Assembly (NCBI RefSeq): GCF_964355755.1
Contig: NC_092672.1
Coordinates: 34,974,437-35,038,436 of the forward strand
Length of the DNA stretch: 64,000 nt
Direction of reading: 5' to 3'
From: Antedon mediterranea
Taxonomy: Eukaryota; Animalia; Echinodermata
Both the position numbers and the translations under genes were made by a program. Every line of letters starts with the position of its first letter. Positions within the stretch are counted from its first letter, which is position 1. Positions 40,663 to 53,222 of this stretch are shown here, in pieces. The notes under the pieces are model-generated. The model made no database searches and was not told the origin of the DNA. It saw only the letters and a program-made list of their open reading frames with translations.

Positions 40663-41221
40663 ATTTTGGTTTTAGCAAGGTTAATAGGATATTAATGACG
40701 TAATGATGAATTACGTAATACAGTATAAATAGACTATCATCAGCTGTTCAGTCATGTTTCAGTTTGTGGTGCAACGGGTAATGCTCAGTTTTGATTGCTA
40801 TCAACCTGGATTCAAACCTCGACGGATTTTTTTTAATGAATATTGTTTGTTTTTTTAAATTTTGTATAGCATTCACTTTTTCATTAAATAGACACCATAA
40901 AACACCAAAAAGAGCCCATGTGTTTCTCATTTTTTAGTACTCTTGGGTACGGTGGGCTTCTTTTCAACGGGTAAGCTTCTTTTCCGCATAGGGTTCTTTT
41001 CAAGATTACTTTTGTAAACTAAAGGAGGGGAGCTTCAAGGTTCCCGCCCGGAAAATTGTATCAGTTTTGAGTGCTATCGGCTGTCGAAATGACGCTCTGA
41101 ATACCTCACATTATTTTGTCATTGGAAAACCACGCCATCAACGGCAAACTAATCTCGTAGTAAAATGTTTTTTATAAACATACGATTGTCGATCGTCGAA
41201 ATTAACGAATAAACTATTATT

Positions 41222-44200
41222 ATGTCTGATGACAGACGCAATAACAGTAGTAGGAAAGAGAGCACATCTAAGTTAAAACTGTATAGTATTTTTAAAGGAG
41301 AGGTAAGCAAAATAACATCTAGGAATATGTATAGGCCTAAATAATATAAGCCTAGGCGGCCTAAACAATCCAACCAACCAGGCAGCGCCGGTAAAACGGG
41401 GTGTACCAGGCTGGCGTCCCTGTAATAGATAAGCAAGTGGTATTAATATGAGGCCTAGGCATCACCTAGTATATTAATTTGTGTTAAAATAATAGTGATA
41501 TTTTTTTACTACAGTATTATTTTGAAGAGTAGAAGCCTTGAATTTTTTCTTGATGAGACTTACATAGAATAAATATCACACATACCAAATCAGATAAAAA
41601 ATACAACAGCAGCAGGCTCTTCCATTTCTTTTATACCAACACTAAGCATAGGCGTAGTCAGTAGTTAGGCCCTAGTATAGATAGGCATACCTAAATTAAA
41701 TACATCGCCTTCTCATCGTCAGGTTGCCTCAGTACAAGAATATGGTGCCTTTGTGAAAATTCCAAACCATCAAAAGAACGGTAAGACCATTTGAATATTT
41801 AAATCATAGTCTATAGTTATTAGTAATATTATATTCCCACCTATTCTGCTTTTTGTGTGGAAAGGAGACAATGCATTTATCAAACAGGCTTTAAATTATT
41901 AACTATGGTATTTTTTTAGGTCTTGTTCACAGAAGTCAAATATCATACTCAAAGGTAGATGATGCAAAAGATGTGTTAGATGTTGGCGATAAAATATTTT
42001 GCAAAGTTATCTCACTTGGGGTAAGTGTAAAGCCTATCCAAACAACTTTATTAGCAAGTAAATAACATTTCTAAGGATCCCGTCTACACTATTATCAAAC
42101 TAGTTTGACAACAAAAGTGCGAATATGGTAGTTCCCAAATATGGTAGTGATATGACATCATCATGTCCCTATATGGGCATATCACATAAAGTTTGACAGT
42201 GTAGACAGAGCTTTACTTTAAAATGGTTCAAGGCATTTTAATGAACTATTCATAAATAAATGTTTTTTTGACTAAATAAATTAACTTTATTTTCACAGGA
42301 AGATAATGATAAGATTGGTTTGTCAATGAAATGCGTGAATCAAGGATCTGGTGTAGATCAAGACCCCAATCATCTATTAACAGTGTAAAATAATAATGGT
42401 AGTGATGTGCCCACATATGGTAGTGATATGCCTAAATTTGGTAGTGATATGACATCATCATGTCCATATATGGGCACATCACATTTTTTTTTGTCACATA
42501 AAGTTTGATAGTGTAGACAGAGCTCATAAGTAAGTTAAAAAATTAGGTTAAACTTTGTGTTCTATTTCAAACAAGATGGCTGAGGCTACTAATTATATTT
42601 ATTTTAACTATTTCTTTTAGTATTATAACAAGATAAAACATAAAACAATTTATTAATAATCTCCTCTTCTTTTCAATCTGGCATTTTAAAAAAATTGTTA
42701 GGTTTGTTACACTTAGTTCTCATTTGAATGGAGAGCAATACTGGATACGTTAAGCCCTTTAGTATTTATACAACAGCGTATATCATATTTTAATAACTTA
42801 ATTCATTTATGTGAGATTGCCAGCAACAGAAATAAGTGGCTTTTGTTATTTTGATTCATTATGTTTTTTTATTATTTTTTTTTTGGTTTTAGATGGCATA
42901 CATTTTATTTATTCTGTACTAGTGCACTGATTTCCAAAGTGGTACAGTAATTGAAAATATAACAAACATAATAAAATAAAGACAAAGAGTAATTGAAATA
43001 TACATTAAAAATAGCAATCAATTTTAGAAAACAAAAAATTCAGTTAAAAATATTGAGTACTAATTGCATTTTGGAATGAAGTTATTGAAAAATCTTTAAA
43101 GTTAATTTTTAATTCATTTGGAAGTTCATTCCAGCTTTTAGATGAACGATAAGTAAAGGTTTTTTTGCCTTAATCAGATTTTTTAACCCACAGTGCCTGG
43201 TTATATTACAATTTTTGGAAATAAAGTTAAAGAATAATAATAAATATCATATTTTACTTTTTTTATATTTTATTTCTAGTCAAGATGAACAAAGAAAGAA
43301 GTCTGGAGGCGGATATATTAAACCCAAGATAGAACTTGGTGCAATATTCAACACGCAGTGTAAGCAATGCGGTGGCCAAGGTAGGTTGATCACTGGCAAG
43401 GGGATCCACAATTTTAAAATGATATAATGCATAAAGAATTACCAATGGTTATGTTGTGCGTCTCATGTACACCGCTACTACAAGGCTTAAGCTCGACTCT
43501 ACAAATATCAAACTTTATGTGACAAAAAATATGTGATGTGCCCATATATCATCATATAACTACCATATTTGGGCACATCACACTTTTTTTTGTCAAACTA
43601 GTTTGATAGTGTAGACAGAGCTTTAGAATATTAGTTCACCTTTTTATGTACAAAAGTATTTAAAATGTTATTCTAAAAATGTACATTACAGGTCATATTG
43701 CCACCGAGTGTTTCCAAGCTCCGGGTGAAAAGGCGTATGAGCTGGTACCTGAAATTGAACTACCGCCACCACCTCCCGTGGCTGTAAAAACACATCACAA
43801 AAAGAAAAAGAAGGTAAGTCTCCAGTAATGGAGTAACGGTCTTTGAAAGTATGACCATCTACACTATCTACACCATCTACACTATAACTTAATGTGATGT
43901 TTCCATATATGGATATGATGATGTCATATCACTACCATATTTAAGCATATCACTACCATATTTGGGCACGTCACACTTTAGTCAATAGAGCTTTTGTTTT
44001 GTTACACTGATTGTGATTTTTTGTTGCAGGAAAAGAAGGCAAAAAAGAAGAAACACAAACATGATACTAGTGACTCGGATTCCAGTTCTGATGACGAACC
44101 AAAACGAAAATCAAAACATAAGAAAAACAAGAAAACAAAGTCATCTCGTAAACGAAACTATAGCAGTTCAGATTCGGACTCCAGCTCTGAAGATGAACTG

Positions 44201-44389
44201 GAGAAAAGATCAAAAGAAAAAAAGAGAAAGAAATCTGATAAACGAAGGCATAGTAGTCCAGACTCAGAGGATAGCTCAAGTGATGATAAAAGGAAGAAGA
44301 AAAGGAAAAAAGAGAAGAAAACTCATCACCATGATAGATCAAATGAAAAACATCATAGTCATCGACATCAAAATAAATATACTAGGTGA
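41222..44389 (+). CDS. ZCCHC17: Zinc finger CCHC domain protein 17 / nucleolar protein pNO40 (S1 domain, CCHC knuckle, Lys/Ser-rich tail)
   Basis: Exons 41222-41302, 41723-41780, 41920-42020, 42299-42384, 43280-43380, 43692-43813 and 44030-44389, all GT-AG and in phase. Motifs: LYSIFKGEVASVQEYGAFVKIP...GLVHRSQ (S1 domain), LSMKCVNQGSGVDQDPN, CKQCGGQGHIATEC (CCHC) and a basic/Ser tail. Confidence 0.93.
42900..43200 (-). mobile_element. L2/CR1 LINE 3' remnant in ZCCHC17 intron 4
   Basis: Minus-strand GKKTFTYRSSKSWNELPNELK, a typical ORF2 terminus. Confidence 0.6.
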
Positions 44390-44851
44390 ACTCTGACCTC
44401 AAGTATTGCTTTAATTTATTTCAACAATTGGAGAGCATTCCTATATACAACATGCAGTCCTCTTAATTTATTATTATTATAAAGAGAACATCAAATCCAC
44501 AACGTTCAATGGATGATGATTTAGCCCACATATCATATTTTACAAACATTTTGTACAGTTTAATTATAAAATTAAAACTTTTTTTAAATAAATCTAGTAC
44601 AGTACTTATTACTTTCGATCAAGGTGTTTTATTTTTTCAAATTTTCTATAATTCAAGTGTATACAGTATATACATTTCATTTACAACATAAACTACACTT
44701 ATTCTTCTAATCACTGTAACATAGCATTTTGTACAGTTTAATACAGAAATTAAATCACATTTTTATAATAAATCTAGATCTAGTACAGTACTTATTACTT
44801 TCGGTCAAGGTGTTTTATTTTTTATAATTTTTTATAATTTTAATGTATATG

Positions 44852-45083
44852 GAGTGGAGCTGTAGCTTGGTGGTTAACGTGCTTGCCTTCCAATCCCAAG
44901 GTCCCGGGTTCAATCCTGACCTAGTGCAGGGTTGTAACTCATGACTCTTTCAACTCCACTCCCTAAGCCTCAAATGAGACTTAGTTTATAAGCACGATAA
45001 ATTATTAAATAGTTTATCCATCCTGTAATTGGCGAGTTACTCGCTGTTGGATGAGTATGAATAAAAAAAAAAAAAAAAAAAAA
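44852..45083 (+). mobile_element. SINE family B copy with an intact poly(A) tail
   Basis: A and B boxes intact (TAGCTTGGTGG; GGTTCAATCC); AATAAA followed by ~20 A. Confidence 0.85.
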
Positions 45084-45235
45084 ATATACACATTTCATTC
45101 ACAACATAAACTCAATATGCTGCTATCAAATTTTATATGATGTGCCCATTATATGGACATGCTGATGTCATATCACTACCATATTTGGGCACATCAAACT
45201 ACTGTAGTTTGATAGTGTAGACATTCAACATTATT

Positions 45236-48200
45236 TCAGATCTGTTCATCTTGTGTAGAAGGCACATCTGAAGTATCCTTGATATGTTCAAATACATCCA
45301 ACAACAATTCAGATCCCTCTTTTAGTAAATCTACAATAAAAATAAAATATTGGGGTAAATACCAAGGAAATTTAACAACAGGATGCTGCAACACGATTAG
45401 TTCTATGCCGCAGAGAACTGATGGTATTTGTTGCAGCCAGACATCAGATCAAAGGACTGTTACGAGTTCCTATCTTGGCAAGTCGAGCTGAGTGTCCTGT
45501 TGTTAGATTGCCTTGTATATACACATTTTAAAATCTCTTACTGATTACCAATATGGAATGAAGTCTTGACCCCTAACATTTTTTAAAAATGGAAACCATA
45601 AGAATGTTTATGCAGTAGAAAGTATAGACAGTATAGTTGTTCAATTTATTTTATAATTCCAACTTACTTTGGTTGTTTTCATCATCTTCATTCGAAATCA
45701 ATTTCAAGTTAGGGTTGCCAGGATGAAGTGGTATAGTTTGCTCACCGGTCAACACATCTAATTTCCCGTCTTGTAAAATTGTTTCAACCTCTTTTGATGT
45801 TGTAGGTTGACTTTCCTCCGCTGACCGATTATAAAGATTGACCTTTCCCCAGCCAAGGGGAATTGAAACTCTGTTCTCATCTACAAAGAAATTTACAATT
45901 TATTTTCTTTAACTTGTCAGTATAAAACTAATGATGCATAAAACTATATTTTGTTTAAGCATGTTTATAGTTTTCAATTTCGATGACCTATGACCTAGAA
46001 ACTAGTTAATTATGGGAACATTATTGAGGCATGCTTCTTTGCAGTTTTGGGGGATTCTAGGTGCAGACGACAACAGAACAACTCCTAACAGCTTGAAACT
46101 GAAAATGACGACTTAAATATTGGAGTATAGCTCTTACCGTCTCCTTGTGTTGTTATTCGATAACTAATGTTAATGATACCATACGCCTCTTCATTGTTAG
46201 TGGAAATGCTTTGTGATTGTAAATCTTCCATAACATCAAATACCAAAGATTCCTTTGCCATTTGAACCAGGTACACCTTAAATTCAAACAGAAAAGTGAT
46301 ACAATTAATGAATTTTAACATTTTAAAGTCTTTTTTTAATCTGCTAGAAAACTTTTATGAATTGTCTTGTATCTGTATGTTTGAATGTCATTTGTATATT
46401 TTTTGTATTGTTTTTAAGAGGGCCTCTTCAAGTCAGCTGTACTGCTGTAATACAGCTGTTAGTGCTACCCTTGTAAACAAAGTTGAATAAATAAATAAAT
46501 CATTTGCATAAATCATATCGACACTGATTTCATCTAAATTTTCTTACTCTGCCGTCACTTATAGTTACTGTGAGGCAACAAAATGTCATTACCTTTGTAT
46601 CAATCTTGCCTCGTTTCCGTTGTGATTCTAAGCTAGCAAACAGCATTTCTTCTTTAATCAAGCGAGGTGTCTTTGTGAGGCTTTTACTGCTTATTAACTC
46701 ATCCCCCACAAAAAAAGACACAGTGAGGTGGACATTACTGGCTTGAAAATTTAGCAAAGCTTTCAGATGTTTCTAAAACAAATGTAATATCACATTTTAT
46801 TTAAAATGTATAAAAAATGGTCTATATAATAATAAATTTTGTGCAATCTTGACCACCGTTTCAAATATTCCAATTATTGCTATATTACAGTATACAACCA
46901 AGGCAACCTAACAACAGGATATTGAGCTCCGGAGATCAATGGATTTACCTATGGCTGCGACAATTTTAGTGCCACGCCTTTTAAAAGAGTCACTGTGCAC
47001 CGCTGAGAACATGTTATAATACAGTACTGTTGGTATTTGTCACAGCCAGACATAAGATCAAAGGACTGTTACAAGTTTCTATATTGCCAAGGCGAGCTCA
47101 GTGTTAGATTCCCTTGATTCAAAAACAGTTTTTTGGTAAAATGTAAAACAACTTTAATGGGACTCACCTCAGGCATTTTTCCTTTTGGTAGAGATTGCTT
47201 TAATACCAGTTTCAATCTGAAATATTTTAACCCCACAGCTTTAAGTTCTTCTTCTTCTTCTTCAACTACTACCTCTTCTTCTTCATCTTCTTCAATAGGT
47301 TCTTCTTGGATTGGTTCTGGTGATACTACTTCTGGCTTTTCTTCCACCTCATCTTGTCTCAATGGTTTGTTAAAACTAAAGAAAAATATGTAATTACACT
47401 ATATAGGTCGTAAAAAGTGAAAAAAGCTGTGTCTATACTATCAAACTAGTTTAACAAAAAGCGTGATGTGTCCAAATATGGTAGCGATATACCCAAATAG
47501 TGATATGACATCATCATGTCCATATATGGGCACATCACATTTTTTTGTCACATAAAGTTTGATAGTGTAGACAGAGCTTAAGAAGAAGTTTAAAGTTATG
47601 TGTTATAAAGGATAAGTTATCTGCCTAATCAATCAATCGTTTCATTTATATAACACCAGTCCAACAGTCATTGCTCATGGCACTGAAGTAGATAACTACA
47701 CTAAAGTGACAATAATCAATACATGTTGATTACTGTACAGTTTTCATAAATATTAACATACAGCCTGAAAATATTGTGAAGACATGGTACCTACTGAGAT
47801 GCAATGACTTACCTATGCCAGTGTCTGTTGATATCAGGTATCCTTCTGGGGTCATCACCTCTGATGAGATGTTGGTAACCTCTTATGATATCAATTGTGT
47901 ATAATTTAGCAGGTAAACAGGCAAACACCTAGAAGTTTCATAACAACAAGTGTTTATAAGCTCAAACCTTTTGATATTTTTGCAATATACTAACCAATAT
48001 CATTATCAAAATAACTAATCACTAGGCCTAATTCATTTGCTACATATTTCACAGAAATAAAAAAAGAATATACCATACTGGTACTGCTTTTTTTTTGTGA
48101 CCATATTTAATGAGGGTGATCCATCCAGCAATTGCTGATCTTTAGGGACCCTCTGAGGTTCACAAGACAAACATATACACAAGATGGGAGTCTTTGGGAG

Positions 48201-51200
48201 TGGAGTTGTAATTTTGTCCTTAGAAAAACGGGACTTGAACCCAGGACCCTTGGAGTGGTAGCCAAGCATCATAACCACCAATCACAACTCCACTCAAGTA
48301 AGAGTCTTCATATAGACATTTTTGACATAAAGTTGGCATTTGTGTCAGTGCTACTTTCAAGTGTACACAATATTTTTCTTCATTTTCTTTTAGAATTACA
48401 AACCACAGACATTATTGTATAAAATGATAAGACTTTATTTATCATGCTAGGGGCAACAGGCATAGCAACGTGTAGGCGTACCTGTTTGACTTCAATATAG
48501 TTGTTAGTTGCCATAAGATCATACTTAAGCAATAGAAGCAGAAGCAAGCACACATCATTGAGCACTTGATGGTCCCAATTCTGCATAAAGCATTGGTCCC
48601 ATACATACAACATGGCCTGAGCATCTAACACACCTACAAAGCCCTGGATTAAAAAGACATTGGAAAAGAATCTTCAAATCACAGTATAATAAATCATGTA
48701 TCACTTCAAGTTTCAAATGCTGGTATGGATGACCATACGAGCAAAGTGCAGTACATACAAACAACATGAAGACAGGACAAAGGTGCAATATATAACAAGA
48801 CAGGTGAAACCTTAAACCATGTCACTTGTGACAGATTTTTTCCCTCAGTATTGGCATATAAAGTATTGCTCCTAAACCGCTTGATCCAAGGCACATTCCT
48901 GGGCGTTTAACTCTTGCAGGTCTCAATCATCTTACCTCTCCTATCCACTTTCTTGCAAGCATCACAGGGCTAGACAAGTTCATTACAGATGATCGTTGTG
49001 TTGAGTCTCGACTTGAAACAGATCTTTGTTGTTCCTTCATCAGAATCTCCACCATATAATCCTAAAGGTAATGACAAAGACCCGTTGGAAGACCAAAGAA
49101 AATATGGACACAAATTTTACAAATAACTTAAAAACAGCACTAAATTACAATGGCCCACTTGAGACAAACCTGGCCCACTTGAGACACACCCGGCCCATAA
49201 CAGGAATAAATGGCACAAAATAGTAGAACACGCTATGTCTAATGACGATGAAGCATATTGATATGATATAACAACAAAGATGAAGGTTTCTCTTTGGGTA
49301 CAAAACACATTACAACTCATCCTTTGGGACACCCATATTCAGGGAACACCCCTATTCAGGGGACACTATCCAGTGAAAAAAACGAAGGGCAATACATACA
49401 GCCAACCCTTATTCAGAAGGCACCCATATTAATATCTACCTTGACATCTAATGTAAACTCTTTACTGCAACACTCTTGTAAATACTCGTAGAAGTTAGGA
49501 TCAATATGTTGCAGCCGTTTCAGAGCGCCGTCTGATATTGTGAAGACATCAGGCCAGGTAGGGAACATCCCATGATGCAATTGGTCCATGTACATTGCCA
49601 TCTCATATGGAAACTCAGCTAAATAAATATAAGAATCTTACTTATTATAACATCTTCTGCTTAGCTTTAAAAGATATGTTAAGCTTGTCTACACTTTCAA
49701 ACTTTATGTGAAAAAAAATATGGACATTATGACGTCATATTATCACTACCATATTTGGGCATATCACTGCCATATTTAGACACATCACACTTTTTTTGTC
49801 AAACTTTTTTATAGTGTAGACAGAGCTTTAGAATATTGCCATATTTGGGCTAAGTATAATTATACTTTCAAAAGCAAACTTCAAAACGTACAGTACTAGG
49901 TCAGATTTACTACCATAATAAATAATATTTGGATTAAAACTACCTAGTTATGATATTCATTCATACATATTTATTCAGTTATACCAATAATAACAACTGT
50001 GGCTCACACTAGAAAGAAATATAAAGAACAATAAACAATAAAATAAATAAATAAATAAAAAAAGAATAAGATAAAACATGTTAATTCATTGTGCACATTG
50101 AGATGTTCTTTGAATTGAATTGAATTGAAATTTATATTCATACTGGGTAACCTCTTCAGTCAAAGACTGGTCTCCCAGAGGGCCCAGTTGGTGATCGGTG
50201 GCTGTGATGTACTAATACACCGGGGTAACCCTCTACTCGTCTCGAAAGATGTACTAGGTTCTTTAAAGTGCACACGAGCTAGATGTGTACACTGGACCTA
50301 CGGTTTATAGTCCTTATCCGAGAAGACTCGTTCTACCACCAGAACCATGGATTGAGTGAGCCTCGAACCCCTGCCGATGTTATGGCTACGTAATTACGGT
50401 TCCACTGTCTTAACCGCTCGGCCACTCACTCACTCTTCTTCACTTAATTCCTCAACTGGGACTATACTCTATCCAAGTATTCCTGCATCCAGCATTGGAT
50501 TAGTATTAATTTAGAATGTTTATTGTCAATAAAATGTAAATTCTAGTATATCACCTGCATCATTGTCTTCTCTGTACGCTAACACTAATGGGAAAACCCA
50601 GTGAATGAGATACGGCTCAAATACTTGATTGTAAGTGTACATTATATTTATCATCTCTCTGATGTTTTCCGCTACATTTGCTGATTGGTAAGACTGCATA
50701 CTGGGTGTTCTTTTCATCACCTGAAAGAAAGTTACCAACATTGACAAAGAACTAAAACTGGTGGCAACAGTTTTACTGTTTATGCTCTTTTTTCAATCAA
50801 TTAAAGATGTATTGTCCCCCAATGAAGATTAATAAAATCAGACTTTAAATAGGCCATTTTGCAGTTTTAATAAAGTTTTTCAATTCTGTAAAAAAAAAAA
50901 AAAAAAAAAAAGTATTTCACTTATAAAAAGACAAAAGACACGTTTCATTTTAACCAAAAACCATTAGTGTATTTTTGCTTTAAATAACATTTTTTCAGGT
51001 AAATTAAGTTTTTTTTTTATCCAGTTTTTTGTCAAAGTGAATAACCATTATGTGACATTAAAATGGCATATTCCCAAACAATTGGGGGGGTGGGGGGGTG
51101 GTAGAACGACAACATACCTTTAAGAGGATACCTTTAGGACCCAACAAAGTCTCCCCTTATGAATGAATAGGGCTTGACCATTTAGTGTGAAAACATATAA

Positions 51201-53222
51201 TTACCCTTCCCATAACATATTCTCTAAATAGAAAAGGTTCTACTGTAAATGACTTTAAAGCTCTGTCTACACTATAAAACTTTATGTGACAAAAATATAT
51301 ATATATGATATGCCCAAATAATATATACATGATGTTGTCATATCGCTACCATATTTAAGCATACTACCATATTTGGGAAGATCACACTTTTTTTGTCAAA
51401 CTAGTTTGATAATGTAGACAGAGCTTTAAAAAATGTTTAAAACATAATCTGATGGGCCATTTCAAGTTGAGCTGGCCCATCGGTAACAACAATTATTTTT
51501 TGCAGAAATTGATGAAAAATGTTGTTTCTATAAATAGAATTAAGCCGGTTTATATACCTCATGTATTGTCTTAGTAATAAGTGTGTTAACCGGACTCTCT
51601 GTAGCTTGCTGTATCTTTAAGTTCAGTTTTCCCTTTGATACACTTTTGCCATACTGATTTCTCAACATGCTTTCATGTTTTCTGAAATTATATATAAATT
51701 ATAAATAACAATATCTATTAAAATATAAATAAACAGCAAATTAAATTTGCCACAGATGGACAGTTAGAGATATCTTTGAGTCAACTATCTCATAAAATGT
51801 TTCTGCTCACCGAAAATCTGCACTACTTAAAGGTTGAGAACGCAGTACTCCACTTGTCCATATATACCGTCTTAGACAAGCTGGGAGTTGTCTGCCTAGC
51901 AAACGGCTACAAACCATCTGCAACTTTTTAGGATTCCTTTTCAGAATTGCTAATATTGACTGGCCTAGGCGGTCACTAATATTACTCCAGCAGTTAGGGG
52001 GTTCAGCTGGGTCACTTGTGATGACCCCTGCAACAGTCTGTATCTGCTGCCATGCACTATGGATACACTGCAATGAAGAATTGAGATATTTTTCATTTAA
52101 TAATCATAATATGGATTCATATAGCGCACATAGTGCTCAAGGCACGTAGATTACCAATATTAATTACAAAATGTGATGTTATGGTTTCAAATAAGACGTA
52201 CCATGGTTTCTTCATGGAGGATATGCCTTTGATATCCTTTTTCTAGCAACTCTCTTGTGTGCTGCCAATACTTCATAAGATCATCTGGTGTTCCATTTGG
52301 ATCATCTACTGGTGATTGTGAATATCCACATTCCTCCACTGCTTCATCCATTCTCTCCTTTAACATCCTCTGGACATCCTGTTGAAGTCTCTTCTTCTTG
52401 TTAGCCTCCAAATTGGCCTAAAGTTGACGAGAATAAATACATCAAGCTCTGTCTACACTATCAAACTTTATGCGACAAAAAAAATGTGATGTGCTCATAT
52501 ATGGACATGATGATGTCATATCACTACCATATTTGGGTACATCACACTTTTTTTGTCAAACTAGTTTGATAGTGTAGACAGAGCTTTACACAAGTTTTTT
52601 TGATATTTCAACTAACCACACATCATCAAATATAACAAATTACATTCCTAAAGCACTTACTAACAATCTTGGTTGAAATTCATATTTGTTGAAATATTCG
52701 GCAACAAATTTATGACCAAGAAGAATAAAGATCATCTGGCGACGTTCAGGATCGATCAGTTCTGGTTTGAGCTGAGCGGCAAGACTCCTGCTTACCGAAT
52801 CTCTCACCTAGAAAAATATTGCACACATTAATGTGGACTGGATTGCAATAAAAGTCTTAAACCTAAAGCTCTGTCTACACTATCAAACTAGTTTGACAAA
52901 AAAGTGTGATGTGCCCATATACTGTATGGACATGATGATGTCATATCACTACCATATTTGGGCACATCACACTTTTTTTGTTAGTTTGATAGTGTAGACA
53001 GCCTCTGTCTGGGTCTTTGTATTATTCCAATCCAACTCTGGTGTACAACTGAATGATTACGGTAAATTGATAAATTAAATTCATAAAATTCATTATCCAT
53101 TTTTTATGGTGAGTTAACAAATAAATTACCTGTATCCATGGCGATCCTGGTAACAACGTCTCTTGGAAGACAGAGTTCAGCCATTTTAAAGTGAAAGGTT
53201 GACACGTTAACAGAGAATCCAT
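45236..53222 (-). CDS. Uncharacterised ~806-aa protein with a divergent TBC (Rab-GAP-like) domain and a C-terminal C2-like domain
   Basis: 15 exons in transcription order: 53130-53222, 52661-52807, 52202-52417, 51811-52067, 51558-51681, 50555-50720, 49440-49618, 48936-49061, 48482-48643, 47813-47928, 47168-47375, 46593-46772, 46138-46276, 45668-45880, 45236-45330. Total 2421 nt, all GT-AG, phases consistent. TBC-like motifs GRQLPACLRRYIW and KWIGEGFVGVLDAQAMLYVWDQCF; C2-like PLGWGKVNLYN...GEQTIPLHPG. The start codon is the least certain part. Confidence 0.8.
45363..45515. mobile_element. Small MITE (CAAGG(C)AA(C/T)CTAACA termini); second copy at ~46899-47116
   Basis: Both copies share the internal sequence CAGCCAGACAT(C/A)AGATCAAAGGACTGTTAC and inverted termini. 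Confidence 0.65.
50111..50434 (-). mobile_element. SINE family A copy
   Basis: Nearly identical to 7203-7523. Confidence 0.85.

Noticed and set aside
44013-44396. Alternative-frame and antisense ORFs over the last ZCCHC17 exon
   Set aside because: Shadow ORFs of a low-complexity, purine-rich exon; the splice phase supports only the K/S-rich frame.
47133-47393. Ser-rich plus-strand ORF
   Set aside because: Antisense shadow of the Glu-rich exon 11 of the TBC-like gene.
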